Source: Paraspadella gotoi (taxonomy: Eukaryota > Animalia > Chaetognatha). From it: DNA of 64,000 nucleotides. The notes under the pieces were generated by a model. The model did no database searches. It worked only from the letters and a program-made list of their open reading frames with translations, and was not told the DNA's origin. The translations under genes were made by a program, and so were the position numbers. The DNA is taken from contig JBJCIZ010000239.1 in assembly GCA_051294375.1 (NCBI GenBank), positions 4,987,768 to 5,051,767 on the forward strand. Direction: 5' to 3'. How positions within the stretch are numbered: position 1 is the first letter of the stretch; each line of letters begins with the position of its first letter. Below, piece after piece: positions 50,211-64,000 of the stretch.

Positions 50211-53195
50211 CAAATATTGGGCTCCATCGAAATATTCGAAATAATCTTCTATCGCCGGATGAGTGATTCGCGAATCGACTACGACTTCCACGTTTTCTTG
50301 AGGGACGTAAGTGATCTGGGGGATTGTGCGGTCGTGAACGTCGACCTGGGGGGGGGGGATAAAAGGGGGGGGTTAAAGGGGGCGTGGACGAGAAATATGA
50401 ATTTTTATGAAAAATAGTCATCGCCATTAGGAATTTTTTTACACTATAATCAGGATGAATAGAAGTTTTATATCCTGTGTTTTGTTATCTTCATATTACC
50501 CATTGTTGGGGGGAGTTAAAAACGAAACTAGATTGTGAGGCTGGATCAAGCTTGCAAAGCTTGCAAAGGTTCAAAGAGTACTATGTTATTATGTTGTAAG
50601 ATGGATAGAGGCCCGAACCCATCATACATGGTCCAAAATGAAAATAACTTGTTTTATAGAATGTATGAATATTTTTGTTTCAAGTTAGTTGTTCCAATGT
50701 TAGAGATTCCTTGACCGAGTTAAACTTTTTGTCCCTTTTTGTTTGGGAATTAAGAATGAGATCGATAAGATCGATTGAATTTGAATATAAAAAAAACAAA
50801 CAAACAAACAAAAAAACAAAAAAAACAAACAAACAAACAAACAAAAAAAACCTTGTTTCTCACCAAAACGGCGTAGTTGGGTTGTTTGCTCCAATCTTCG
50901 TTGCCTTCGTGATTCCGCTCGATCCATCCAGGTGGCGCGCGAGTCGTCAAGTCCCACCCGACGATCACGCCTCTGGCGGGGGGAAAAATAGGAAAGGAGA
51001 AATGACAAGCGACCTTGAAATTCACCGAAAAAAAGAAAAGAAAAATGAAAAGTTAACGAATATCATACTACGCAGGGTACACGATTGTATACAGAGTTCG
51101 GATTTTTTTTTAAAAGGCGGGAGAATTTTAAATATTCAATTTTCATCTTCATTCGAATATTCATTTTGTTTAATCAATCATATTCAAATCAATCAATCAA
51201 TTCAAATCATATCAACTCAAATAAAATCAAATAATCAATAATTCAATCAATCTTTCATGTTTTTACACGGCCAACACCTCCCCGCTCGATCTCCCCTTTT
51301 AGTCTCCGCTCGATCTCCCCTTTTAGTCCCCGCTATATAATCCCCTACTCTCATTTACCCTCGACCTTTCCTCGATCCCTGCCTTACCTCTTCCCCCCCT
51401 CACCTCGGACCGCGTCTCACCTGTATCCCCACTTTCGGTGGCGCACGACCTGACCAACTCTGAACGCCACGTGCGTCGGTCGCGGATAACGAGGCGTCAA
51501 CGACGTGGCGAAAAATCCCGATTTGGCGTAGACGAATTTGTGCTGACCGGATGGAGATGGGAAGATGGGAGCGAGATGGGAAGATGGAAGTTGAATGGGA
51601 AAATGGGAGTGAGATGGAAAGTTTACAGTTGGATGAGAGGATGAGAGTGGGAAGGAACGATAGAAGTTTCATTGAAAGGAGGGTGTGAGATAGGCGGGAG
51701 TGAGATGAGAAGATAGGAGTTGGATGGGAAGGTGGAAGTGAGATGGGAAGATGGGAAGGTGGAAGTGAGATGGGAGGATGGTAGTTTCATTGAAAGGAGG
51801 GTGTAAGATAGGAGGGAGTGAGATGGGAAGTTGACAGTTGGATGGGAGGATGAGAGTGGGAAGATTGGTGTGGGATGGAAAAGTGGGAATTTGACGGGAA
51901 GATGGGAGTGTTGGATGGGAAGATATTATGGGATAGGAAGATGGGGAGTGATGGAAAGATGGGAGTTGAATGAGTACAGTATATTAAGTGGGATGGGAGT
52001 GAAATGAAAAGATTGCGGTGGAGGGGATGATAAAATTGATTCGAAAAGTTTTACTTTTATGTAAACGGAATTGCTCGAATACTTTAATCAATAGTATCAT
52101 AATTAGTATTATTGACTCGTATTAAAGAATTACCTTGAGCACTTCGACGGCCGGACTTTCCCCCTCCTCCTCTTCCTCCTCCGTCCCCTCCTCCTCCTCC
52201 GATCGGCCGAATCGATGTTCATTTGTTGAATCGAATCGAAACAAAAGATTTTTGAGTTGAGAAGCGACGACAGCGACGCCGTCCATCCATAACTGGAAGG
52301 AGAGAACAAAAGACAAGAGGTAGGTTTGAAGTATGAGACTATTAAACCTATTAAGACTGTGTAGATTTTATTATTTTTATTCTTTTATTCTTTCTATCAG
52401 GATACCGGGGATATTTTCGTTCCAGAAAGAGAAAAGAAAATTACAGAATAGCAACGGAGAAGTTTAATATGTTTTCTTTGTAAAGTTCCTGTCTTAAATA
52501 TTTTTGTTACGAAATAATGTGATTTACGAAATAGAATCTAACTCAGATGATTTTTATTATTGAACTATGTTCAATCTATATTGTCAACACGTTTAGTTAC
52601 CCCTCAATTCGGGAAATCTCTATCATATTTAGTGATTAAACTTACTGTGTTCTTTTAAACCTATTTTTGAGGCTCTACTGATCGTGTTATTGTTTGCATT
52701 ACTGTTATCTACTTTGTATTTTGTAAAACCACTGTGGCCCATGGTCCTTGGACCCGCTGTATGAATAAATACAATACAATACAATACAATAGACGTTTAA
52801 CTGTGATTAAATTGTTATGAAGTTCTTTATTATCAACTTATTAAATATATACTTATATATAAATATATATACAACTGTCTCTTTCACCTTCAAAGGTCTA
52901 AACGCCATCGCAGTGTCTCGCACTCTCTCCCAAAATCTCCAAACTTCTTGCAGAGATTCGATCTTTCTCTCTTCGCTCGTCGAAAGTGTTGAGAAGTAAT
53001 ACTAAAATTAATTTAAAAAATTAACAATTTTACTCAGGGGAGAGATAATGAATGAATGCTTTATGCTGATAGTACCAATTTTTATTCATCTGCTGTGCAT
53101 TTAAAGATATCATTTAACATCATCGTAATAGTTAATACTGATATTGTTGCCGTTTCCTCGCTCGTAATTAATTAATATTGATCTTTGTGTAAATG

Positions 53196-53240
<45 letters not shown>

Positions 53241-53608
53241 AATTCAGAGAAATTTATTCTAAAGATACTTCAAAACTATTGAAAATAATTGGTAACATTG
53301 AAAATGTATGGAATGTAAAAAATGGAAAAGATGATCTGTATATAAAATTTTTCTTTTTAATTTACCATTTCCTCGTTTATTTATTTAATGAATTTTTAAT
53401 TGTTATTTTATATTTTTTACATAATTGTATGTACATAATATCCATGTACGGCTCTCTTACGATCCTGTGATTGTAAATGTGTTTTATTAACATTATGAGC
53501 AGAATAAATCAAATCAAATCAAATCTCTATTTTACAAACCTGCAGTGGCAGAGCCATGAAAAGAACGGCCAGTTGAAAGTAAGCTCGCCGGTCCAACTCC
53601 CAAGGCAT
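50169..53608 (-). CDS. YccV/HspQ-like (hemimethylated-DNA-binding fold) domain protein with N-terminal hydrophobic segment, 249 aa
   Basis: Six exons 53608-53540, 53001-52888, 52292-52134, 51542-51421, 50972-50864 and 50345-50169; all GT-AG and in frame. The domain signature FRVGQVVRHRKWGYRGVIVGWD...QPNYAVLVD...TYVPQENV...HP.IEDYF..FDG..Y matches the YccV-like domain found in HspQ and at the FBXO21 C-terminus. Confidence 0.93.
51548..52025. repeat. Purine/G-rich intronic minisatellite (gggagtgagatgggaagat variants)
   Basis: Tandem gatgggaag/gagtgagat units fill most of intron 3 of the YccV-domain gene. Confidence 0.85.
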
Positions 53609-54049
53609 TCTGATGTTGATATTTTTAATTAAAATTTAACTAAAGTTTAAATAGTTTTTAGAGTCCGTTTTTTTTTTCTCTCGAATCAGCAACTGCTACA
53701 GCGCTCGATAATTCTTCCCAAGAAACGTAAACTTTTTATTTCATTTTTTTGAAATTAAACGCACATTATATAATCTTAGTATATTTTTTTTCTGAAATAG
53801 AAACAAAATAAAAGAATTAGTTATTTTTTTTAATTCAACGACAGTTTGACAAAGAAATATTTCCTCATTTACAATAGTCAGCGTTTCATGGATTTATTTT
53901 AAACGAATTTCTACTAAATCAAAAATTTTAAATCTTGTTTAAAGACTGATTAGAATAAAGCTAAGAATACAAATAAGTTCCTACGTAAGATACATTCTTA
54001 AAAAAAAAGTAATTAAAAAAATCATTCCGTTAAATTTAAATCCACGCGA

Positions 54050-54300
54050 AAAATAACCGGAATCGAGAAATCAAAATTTACAATGTTTACTTGTCAAAAC
54101 TCGATTGGCTACTGACACATGTACTCAAATTCGCCAGCCAACCGCAGTAGTCGCGAAATAATTGGACCAATTAGCAACGCGTTTCAGAAATCAGCCGGTT
54201 TTGAAGAGCAGAAGCAAGATGATTGGCTGAGACTCTTGTTGATCTCGTAAATAAACAAAAGAACAAGGTTGGTTGGACGAGAGCGGCCTCTTTTAAAAGT
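54050..54300. promoter_or_regulatory. Candidate promoter of the YccV-domain gene with clustered CCAAT (NF-Y) boxes
   Basis: gattggct (~54103), attggaccaat (~54161) and gattggctg (~54222) lie in a locally GC/CpG-richer patch ~0.5 kb upstream of the ATG. The ATG sits 1 nt after a CAG acceptor, implying a 5'UTR exon; a possible donor lies near 54090. Confidence 0.45.
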
Positions 54301-54724
54301 TGACCCGAACTACACTAAAAAACAAAAGACAGCATCTTTAGGTCAATTAGGTGTAAAAAGTTTTCAAATTTTCACATAAATATAAATGATAATTAATAAT
54401 TTATTAACTACTTGAAAAAATTGTGATACAAATCTTGCTTGTCAAGAATGATTTTCGTTTACTTTGTCCCAAGTTGGTATTTGAGATTGAAATGATAAAT
54501 AAATTATATTTTTCTCGACATCTGATTTAAAAATTGGATTGTAGGTTAAGAATATGAAATAAAATATGTCAATTTTTCTAACACAAAAATAATTAGAATG
54601 TATGACGAACGCATATGTGACTAAATCAAATAAAAGTTGAGCTCTCATTTCTGTTCGTTTATCCAATAATTTAATTTCAACCTTAATATTTAACTTAAAT
54701 ATGTTTTTAAACTTATAGACCAAT

Positions 54725-54960
54725 TCCTCACCCTAATCCTTAACCTCACTAACTAAGCATAATCCCTAACCATAAACTAATCCTTAACCATTAAGTCCAT
54801 TATCCTTAATTTTTAATCTTAACTTCTTACCCTTAACGCTAGTCCCTAACCCATTTGGGTTAGGGTCCCTAACCCTAATCACAAACCAATTCCCTAACCT
54901 TAATTTCTAACCTAATCCTTAACCTAATCTTTAACCCTGATATTTAACCTAATTCCGAAT
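54725..54960. repeat. Degenerate telomere-like (CCTAA/CCCTAA) interstitial array
   Basis: ccctaaccctaatc-type units. Similar arrays at 15060-15150, 18445-18570, 46010-46210 and 57090-57310. Confidence 0.8.
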
Positions 54961-55290
54961 TAAAAATGAAATGGGGCACTCTGGGAAAATAAATTCAAAA
55001 GTTTCAGACGACATAAAAAAGAAATGTTAAAAAAAAAAAATTATGCGTCTTTGTTTATTCCGCTTCGTATTATCTAGTGAAAGAAAAAAACAACATTAAA
55101 AACATGACATAAAAAGGCAAAGGCAACTTTTTAAAAAAAATTACAATAAAAATAACCAATTAAAAAATAGAATTAAAACAAAAAAAAGGCTGAGATTTTA
55201 TGCCCAGCGAAATTTTCCTCTGAATTTTTTTATTCCGGAATCTTTTCTTTCTTGACAAAATCAAAGGCTTAATTACGCGCCTCTCTGACA

Positions 55291-55412
<122 letters not shown>

Positions 55413-55854
55413 AATTCAATCTATCCCCACAGCTTTTTTTCATATTTCCCTCTTATTTTTTACAAACGTTCAAAAATTGCTAACCCATTTTTACGGGTTC
55501 TCTATGAATAATAATCAATTAATTTATTAAATAAACTATCTTGCCACTAAATTTGGACAGGCTTGGTGGTTTAAAACCTCGTCTTTTACAAGATAATGTC
55601 ATAGGAGGTCACTGCAAGATTTCAATCAAGACTCTCTCTCACAGTTTCGTTTATTTAATCCTCAACATTTTTTTCCCTTTAATTAATATATTCTTGTGTT
55701 TATTTTCTCCTATTTATTCTTTATCTCAGAAATCATTTGGTATCATTGATAATTATTAGACATCAAAAATAAAAGAAATTCTCTCCTATTTTATGCATTT
55801 TGTATTTTAGGTACACCTACTACTTGTTAAAAAAACAAAATATTCAAGAACTAA

Positions 55855-56610
<756 letters not shown>

Positions 56611-58115
56611 TATTTTCTTTTTAATCGGTAAATACCGAAAGCGGTCGTGAGAGAAGATGAGGAAAATCGGGAGCGAAATTGAAACTCTGCAATCGTCGTC
56701 GTTGTCGTTGTTGTTGTTGTCGTCGTTGTTGTGGTTTTGTATGTTTGTTGTATTAGTTGTATTTTTCTTTTACTCTTTCGTTTGTTGTCTTCGCCGTAGT
56801 TTAATTAGTTTAGTTAGTTCTATTATTGTATCGGTTGTTTTCCTAATTATTATTGTTGTTTTTTGTTTTTTTGTTTTTTTTTGTCTTTGCTGTTCTTGTT
56901 AATTTTGTTATCGCTGTCATTCCCGTAGTAGTCGTTGTTGTTTTTCTTCATTACCACGAATTCGGAATTAATTTTGCTTTGTTTTGGGCCTTATTTTTCT
57001 AGAACACCTCATTTTATTTTAATTTATGAATTAGATTAATTTTTTAGTTTAGTTATTTTAATTAAAAGTTATGGTTAAATATTAAGTTACGAATTAGGTT
57101 AAAGATTAAGTTAAAGGATTAGCCCTAAATGTATGTATTTATCCCGATTAGATTAGTGATTAAGTGGTTAAGGATTAGGGTTTAGGTATAAGGTTAGGGG
57201 TTAGGGTTAGAAATTATAAACAAGGGTTTCCGATTAAGTTACAGTTATGGATTAAAATTAAGGTTATAAGTTTAAAAAAAAATATTTAGGTTAAATATTA
57301 AAGTTAAACGTAAATTATAACGATATAAAGGAACGGAAATTGAGCAGTCTGGGAAAAGAGAGCCCTTTTTCCAATATTTTAGTTTCCCTTTCGTTTTTAC
57401 TCGTGATCACGTGACTACCCTAGGGTCGCGTAACCTTCTCGTCTCTCAGAAGCAAAAAAGAAAAAGGAGATTTATTTTTTCATTCTTTTTTTTCTTTTCC
57501 TTTTTTTTTTATTGTTTCAGAAAATTTAATTTTCTCTTTTAATCGAATTTTCCTAGACGACGATGATGACGACGACGATGACGACGACAACGACGAAAAC
57601 GACGACGATGACAACAACAAAAACAACAAGGAAAACGAAAACAATTACAACAAAAACAATGTTGACGACGACGACAACGACTACGTCGATGATGATTACG
57701 ACGACAATGATTACGATGACAATGCTAACGACGACGACGATGGCGTCGACAACAACGACGATGACGAAGATGACGACGACAATGATGACGATGACGACGA
57801 TGACGAAGACAACAACAACAAACAAAACAAGGAAAACGTAAACAATTACATCGACAACAATGATGACGACGACGACAACAAAAAAATAACAAAATTAATA
57901 ACAACAACGACGAAGAAGAGAATAACGACGACGACAACAACAAGTACGAAGACGACGACGACGACAACAATAATAACAACAACGACGAAAACATCCCGGC
58001 CTCAGCTCTCCATAGCAGAAACGAGAAAGAGCGGGGCGCGTCTCCAGGGAGCGCCTCGGATGATGGTCTTGTCACAATGCCACTTCCGGCCTCTAACTTT
58101 TTCCTCGGGCCGGGC

Positions 58116-58148
<33 letters not shown>

Positions 58149-59644
58149 NNNNNNNNNNNNNNNNNNNNNNNNNNNNNNNNNNNNNNNNNNNNNNNNNNNN
58201 NNNNNNNNNNNNNNNNNNNNNNNNNNNNNNNNNNNNNNNNNNNNNNNNNNNNNNNNNNNNNNNNNNNNNNNNNNNNNNNNNNNNNNNNNNNNNNNNNNNN
58301 NNNNNTCTGACTAAGCCAAGTTGGATGGAATTTTTGCCCCGGTATACACAAAACTTGCCGTAATGTGATTTCGTACAAGAGAAAAATGGGGAAAAAAAAA
58401 TATATTCAAGAATTCTTTTGTGCGAAAAAATTTATCGTCGGATTGAATACAGAAAATAAAAATATAATACTATTATTAATAGACAAACCGACGGAAGGAA
58501 AAAAAACCCAAAAAACCTTGTTATGAAGATTCACATTCAAAGGGAGANNNNNNNNNNNNNNNNNNNNNNNNNNNNNNNNNNNNNNNNNNNNNNNNNNNNN
58601 NNNNNNNNNNNNNNNNNNNNNNNNNNNNNNNNNNNNNNNNNNNNNNNNNNNNNNNNNNNNNNNNNNNNNNNNNNNNNNNNNNNNNNNNNNNNNNNNNNNN
58701 NNNNNNNNNNNNNNNNNNNNNNNNNNNNNNNNNNNNNNNNNNNNNNNNNNNNNNNNNNNNNNNNNNNNNNNNNNNNNNNNNNNNNNNNNNNNNNNNNNNN
58801 NNNNNNNNNNNNNNNNNNNNNNNNNNNNNNNNNNNNNNNNNNNNNNNNNNNNNNNNNNNNNNNNNNNNNNNNNNNNNNNNNNNNNNNNNNNNNNNNNNNN
58901 NNNNNNNNNNNNNNNNNNNNNNNNNNNNNNNNNNNNNNNNNNNNNNNNNNNNNNNNNNNNNNNNNNNNNNNNNNNNNNNNNNNNNNNNNNNNNNNNNNNN
59001 NNNNNNNNNNNNNNNNNNNNNNNNNNNNNNNNNNNNNNNNNNNNNNNNNNNNNNNNNNNNNNNNNNNNNNNNNNNNNNNNNNNNNNNNNNNNNNNNNNNN
59101 NNNNNNNNNNNNNNNNNNNNNNNNNNNNNNNNNNNNNNNNNNNNNNNNNNNNNNNNNNNNNNNNNNNNNNNNNNNNNNNNNNNNNNNNNNNNNNNNNNNN
59201 NNNNNNNNNNNNNNNNNNNNNNNNNNNNNNNNNNNNNNNNNNNNNNNNNNNNNNNNNNNNNNNNNNNNNNNNNNNNNNNNNNNNNNNNNNNNNNNNNNNN
59301 NNNNNNNNNNNNNNNNNNNNNNNNNNNNNNNCCTCCTCAAACTTCTAGGCTTTATTCTTCCGCCAGGCGCCTCGTTGTTGTTGTTGTCGTTGTTGTTGTG
59401 ATCTTCGTTTTTATTCATTTGCTTCATCGTTGTTTTTTATCTCGGCTTTTCTTGCGATTTTATGCAATTTGTTTTGATAGTTTAAAATAGCATGGAATAA
59501 GCAATTGTGTCATTAAGCCAAAAATATAATAATGTTTATCAATCACGCATCGTTCATGTTAGTAGTAATCGATACAACTAATATAATATAAATATCATAA
59601 TATTCAAAATATTTCAATAGAAAAGAGCCATTATGGTATTCGTA

Positions 59645-59875
59645 TTGGTACAACCAACATAAAAATTATCCATTCATTTAATAAAAAAGCTATCTTGCCC
59701 CTGACTCTGGTCAGGCTTTGGTGGTTTAAGGCCTCCATCACTCTTACAAGATAATGACATAGCAGGTCCCTGCAAGCTTTCAATCAAGACTTTCTCACAG
59801 TCTCGTTTATTCACTCCCAGAGTACTTGGCTTCCCTATCAATAAAGTGGTATAATAATTTAAAGAATGTTTCATT
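59645..59875. mobile_element. Fullest copy of an abundant short interspersed repeat family
   Basis: ttggtacaacca..aaaaatt, tcttgcc.ct.act...caggctttggtggtttaa, and aagact.tctcacagtctcgtttatt recur in pieces at 77-110, 7125-7225, 8807-8865, 11340-11385, 11595-11660, 55538-55660, 61930-62000 and 63940-64000, in both orientations. Class undetermined. Confidence 0.75.
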
Positions 59876-61707
59876 TGTATAAAAGAACCAATCCCTTTAG
59901 TATCAGATCGGGAATACTATATTGTACTTCGCACTTTCTTTTCCTCTTTTTATTTTTCTTTTTTTCCTCCGAGATATTTCTGGGTCCATTCCTCTTTCTA
60001 TGCATGGAGAAGAGGAAAAGGAAGGAGGAAGAGGAGGAGGAGGAGGAAGCCAAGCGGGGCGGATAAAAGGAAAGAAAAAAAGAGGACGGGATGACATTTT
60101 TGGAATCAGCGTCGTCGTCGTTGTCGGTCGTCGTCGTTGTCGAGTCGTCCGTCTGTGGACATGCCGCGACCGAGAGAATCACTCGGTCGCAAGAGAGAGA
60201 GAGAAGAGAGAGAAGAGAGAGAGAGAGAGAGAGGCCTTGAACTCGTTGAAATCGAGAAACTCGTGTCACGACGTGAATGCGCGGCCGGAGGAAGAGGAGG
60301 AGCAGGAAGAGGAAGGAGGAAGGNNNNNNNNNNNNNNNNNNNNNNNNNNNNNNNNNNNNNNNNNNNNNNNNNNNNNNNNNNNNNNNNNNNNNNNNNNNNN
60401 NNNNNNNNNNNNNNNNNNNNNNNNNNNNNNNNNNNNNNNNNNNNNNNNNNNNNNNNNNNNNNNNNNNNNNNNNNNNNNNNNNNNNNNNNNNNNNNNNNNN
60501 NNNNNNNNNNNNNNNTCTCTCACCAACTCGAGTCATTTTGCGGACATGGATTTGAATCACGTAGCGACATAATTAACAACTTTACATCCGCCGTCATTTT
60601 TNNNNNNNNNNNNNNNNNNNNNNNNNNNNNNNNNNNNNNNNNNNNNNNNNNNNNNNNNNNNNNNNNNNNNNNNNNNNNNNNNNNNNNNNNNNNNNNNNNN
60701 NNNNNNNNNNNNNNNNNNNNNNNNNNNNNNNNNNNNNNNNNNNNNNNNNNNNNNNNNNNNNNNNNNNNNNNNNNNNNNNNNNNNNNNNNNNNNNNNNNNN
60801 NNNNNNNNNNNNNNNNNNNNNNNNNNNNNNNNNNNNNNNNNNNNNNNNNNNNNNNNNNNNNNNNNNNNNNNNNNNNNNNNNNNNNNNNNNNNNNNNNNNN
60901 NNNNNNNNNNNNNNNNNNNNNNNNNNNNNNNNNNNNNNNNNNNNNNNNNNNNNNNNNNNNNNNNNNNNNNNNGTTGCAAAATGATAAAACGACTTCTGGA
61001 AAACGACTCACAAATAATAATGATTGATACATGTAAACGACTAAAGTTATGAACAAACAATTACAAAGACTGACAAAAAGCAACTTCGTACATCAATGAC
61101 ACGAAATGGACAGAGGGCAAAAGTTGGAATAGCAGAATAGCAATGAAAATCTGCGTGCTCTGGTCTCTTCTCTCGTCGCGGTCGTCTCTCTCTCTCTCGT
61201 TCGTCTCGACGTCTCGTCTCGTCTCGCGTTCTCTTGCGTCTCGCTCTGCTCTCTCGTCTCGTCTCTCTCTCTCTCTCTGCTCCTCTCGTCTCTCATGCTC
61301 GCTTTTGTTTCTCCTTGTTCTTGCCTTGCTACGTTTGTGGGCGTTAGAAATCTGTCCATTCTCTGGCTTAATTCGAGCATAAAATGTCGCGTTCTGTGCT
61401 GATTTCTGAGAAGAAGGCGTACCTGTTTGGGGATGAAGAGTTTTTTTTTGAAAGAGCGTTCAAGGTGTTGTTTCTTTTTCATTTCTTCTTCTTAATTTTT
61501 TCCCCGTCGCCCTTTGTAAAAATACAATAAAAAATACAATAAAAAATCAACTAAAGAACCAAACGACCCTTAAATGCTATATTTTTTATCACTAATAATA
61601 TCATTATCGTTTTGCGCGAAAAAAAATAAATTTTTACGAGGAAAACAGAGAAAAAAAAATATAAAGCGTTCGGATATTCTGCCAAACCAATTGTTTTCTA
61701 GTGCGAG

Positions 61708-61765
<58 letters not shown>

Positions 61766-62243
61766 ACGAAATAAAAACCAAACAAAATCCCTTTAAAAAT
61801 GGTCGCTTGGAGACCAAAGGGTTGAACCCTTACGAATTTTCGCGTCGGGTTTTTATCGGAAATGCTGCAGTATCGAAATGCCTCGAAATGCCGCGATGCA
61901 ATGATAATGTTTTAAAGCAATTATTAAAATTGGTACGATCAATGTAAATATTTTTCATTCATTCGATAAATAAGTCATCTAGCTGCTGACTTTGAACAGG
62001 CTTCGGCGAGTTCAGTCCCTTTATCTTTTTTTTTCCATATAATAACAAAGCAAGACCCCGCGAGCATTTAATCATAACTCACGGTCTAGTATATTAACTT
62101 TTAATTTTAACTTTTAATTTTTTGGACTTTTGAGTTGGGCACGGGATCTAATTCATGAATGCCACAGAATTTTAATTTAAATAAAATTATTTAATTAAAT
62201 AAGATAACGTTGGCGAAGAGTTAAAAACTAAGTTCGTTGCATT

Positions 62244-62356
<113 letters not shown>

Positions 62357-63055
62357 CCCTTTCCTTTTTTTCCAACTCCATCTACTGACGCTGTCATTCA
62401 TTTCTAGACGTTAAACGAAAATCTAAATAAAAACTCAAAACAATAATAACAAAAATAAAGAAAAAAAGGTAAATTATAATTAACACAACACAATACAACA
62501 CACAACAAGATGCATAATAATATCATCAACGGCCCAAAATCTAATTTGCATATAGCAGTATATTTTAAAAGAGAAGCTTTATTCTAGATATCAAAGTAAA
62601 ATTTTCAATATCACGAATAGCGTCATATATTTTAATAAAATTGGGTTCGTCGCAAAATTATGCGCTTAAGATGTTAAAACATTGTTTTAACTTGTAAATA
62701 AACATTGCGCTCTTAAAAAAGTACGAGAAATAAAACTTTATACTTTATATTCAGTATGAAGCCTCGCTTCACCGGCGTCACGTCTCTTCTGCGCTATTTT
62801 ACCTAGATATCTCTAGTTAATATTTGGGAAGCTTCTCTTCGGAGGAGCTGACGATTAAAACATGTTGACTGGAGCAAATCATTTCGTCGTACTGGAGCTA
62901 ATGTCGTAATTGGATCATGGAAAAAAGCATAGATAGCGAAAAACATTTAAATAAAACGCAATGTATCAATGTATTTTCTCGTCACAAGTATATGTCTCAG
63001 TTTTTCTTTCATTTAGTCTAACACTTTATCCCATTCAAGTCGATTCGCTGTACTA

Positions 63056-63086
<31 letters not shown>

Positions 63087-64000
63087 ACTCTCGTCTCTTG
63101 GCCTTTTTTTATTGGACCCTTTATTGGTTTTCCGTTAAAGGTAGATTTATACGAGAGCCGCTTCTTTCCCAGGGAGAAAGGAGACTGGAAAAATCCATAG
63201 GATCCCGCCTCTTNNNNNNNNNNNNNNNNNNNNNNNNNNNNNNNNNNNNNNNNNNNNNNNNNNNNNNNNNNNNNNNNNNNNNNNNNNNNNNNNNNNNNNN
63301 NNNNNNNNNNNNNNNNNNNNNNNNNNNNNNNNNNNNNNNNNNNNNNNNNNNNNNNNNNNNNNNNNNNNNNNNNNNNNNNNNNNNNNNNNNNNNNNNNNNN
63401 NNNNNNNNNNNNNNNNNNNNNNNNNNNNNTCTCTATCATTGCGAAGGAAGTGAGAACACACACACTCAGGCGCGCGTCCTAATAAAATTTAACTGTACAA
63501 ATAAAAGTAATTGCAATAGTTTTCTACTTTCATCAAATATCTCACCCTCAAAAAACTAAAAAATAATACCATAAGATAAATATAAAATAAAATGTTCTTC
63601 TTAGTTGTTTTTAGTTATTGCTGTTGTTGTTGTCGTTAGTCCTTCTCGTCGTTAACCCTTTTTCGCGATGTTCACTTTTTTTTTCCTATCGTAACTCGAT
63701 TAAGGCGCCATCTTTATCCCCTCTGCTCCCACCGCCTCCCGTCCCCCTCCATTTTCGTCCGCCAAACGCCAACGATAAACGAAACGGACCAACGAAACGA
63801 CCACAACAACAAAAACAACAACAACCACATCGCCCACCCTCCACAAATCCGAGGGGGGGCCGGGAATTCTTAGGGTGGACCCGAAAAAAAGCTCATGGGG
63901 CTAAACATAATTATACTTAAGGAAGTGATCCGTTATACAATTCAAACATTTTTCATTTATAAACCAGGTACTCTGGGAGTGAATAAACAAGACTGTGAGA

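Overview
AT-rich, microsatellite-laden eukaryotic DNA, most likely from an invertebrate animal, in a draft assembly with many N gaps and noisy long-read fill. I reconstructed five spliced genes by hand from GT-AG junctions: two tandem paralogues encoding single-pass membrane proteins with two short kringle/FN2-like Cys modules (856-5429 +, with an in-frame TGA; 6721-8247 +), a METTL27/WBSCR27-like SAM methyltransferase (14348-15952 +), a GT31 beta-1,3-glycosyltransferase (22358-~26290 -, partly duplicated across a 25-N gap), and a YccV/HspQ-domain protein (53608-50169 -) whose last codons and stop have been amplified into a 41-bp minisatellite. Mobile DNA includes two hAT-like non-autonomous insertions whose empty target sites are also visible in the window (1573-4725, carrying palindromic satellite; 26956-32146, with ~1-kb inverted termini), a fold-back MITE, Helentron/HINE-like elements and several dispersed repeat families. 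37505-~45050 looks like an error-rich second copy (other haplotype or raw read) of 26540-37480 that lacks the 5.2-kb insertion. Most ORFs in the supplied track are microsatellite or N-gap artefacts. No database searches were run; family names come from motif recognition.
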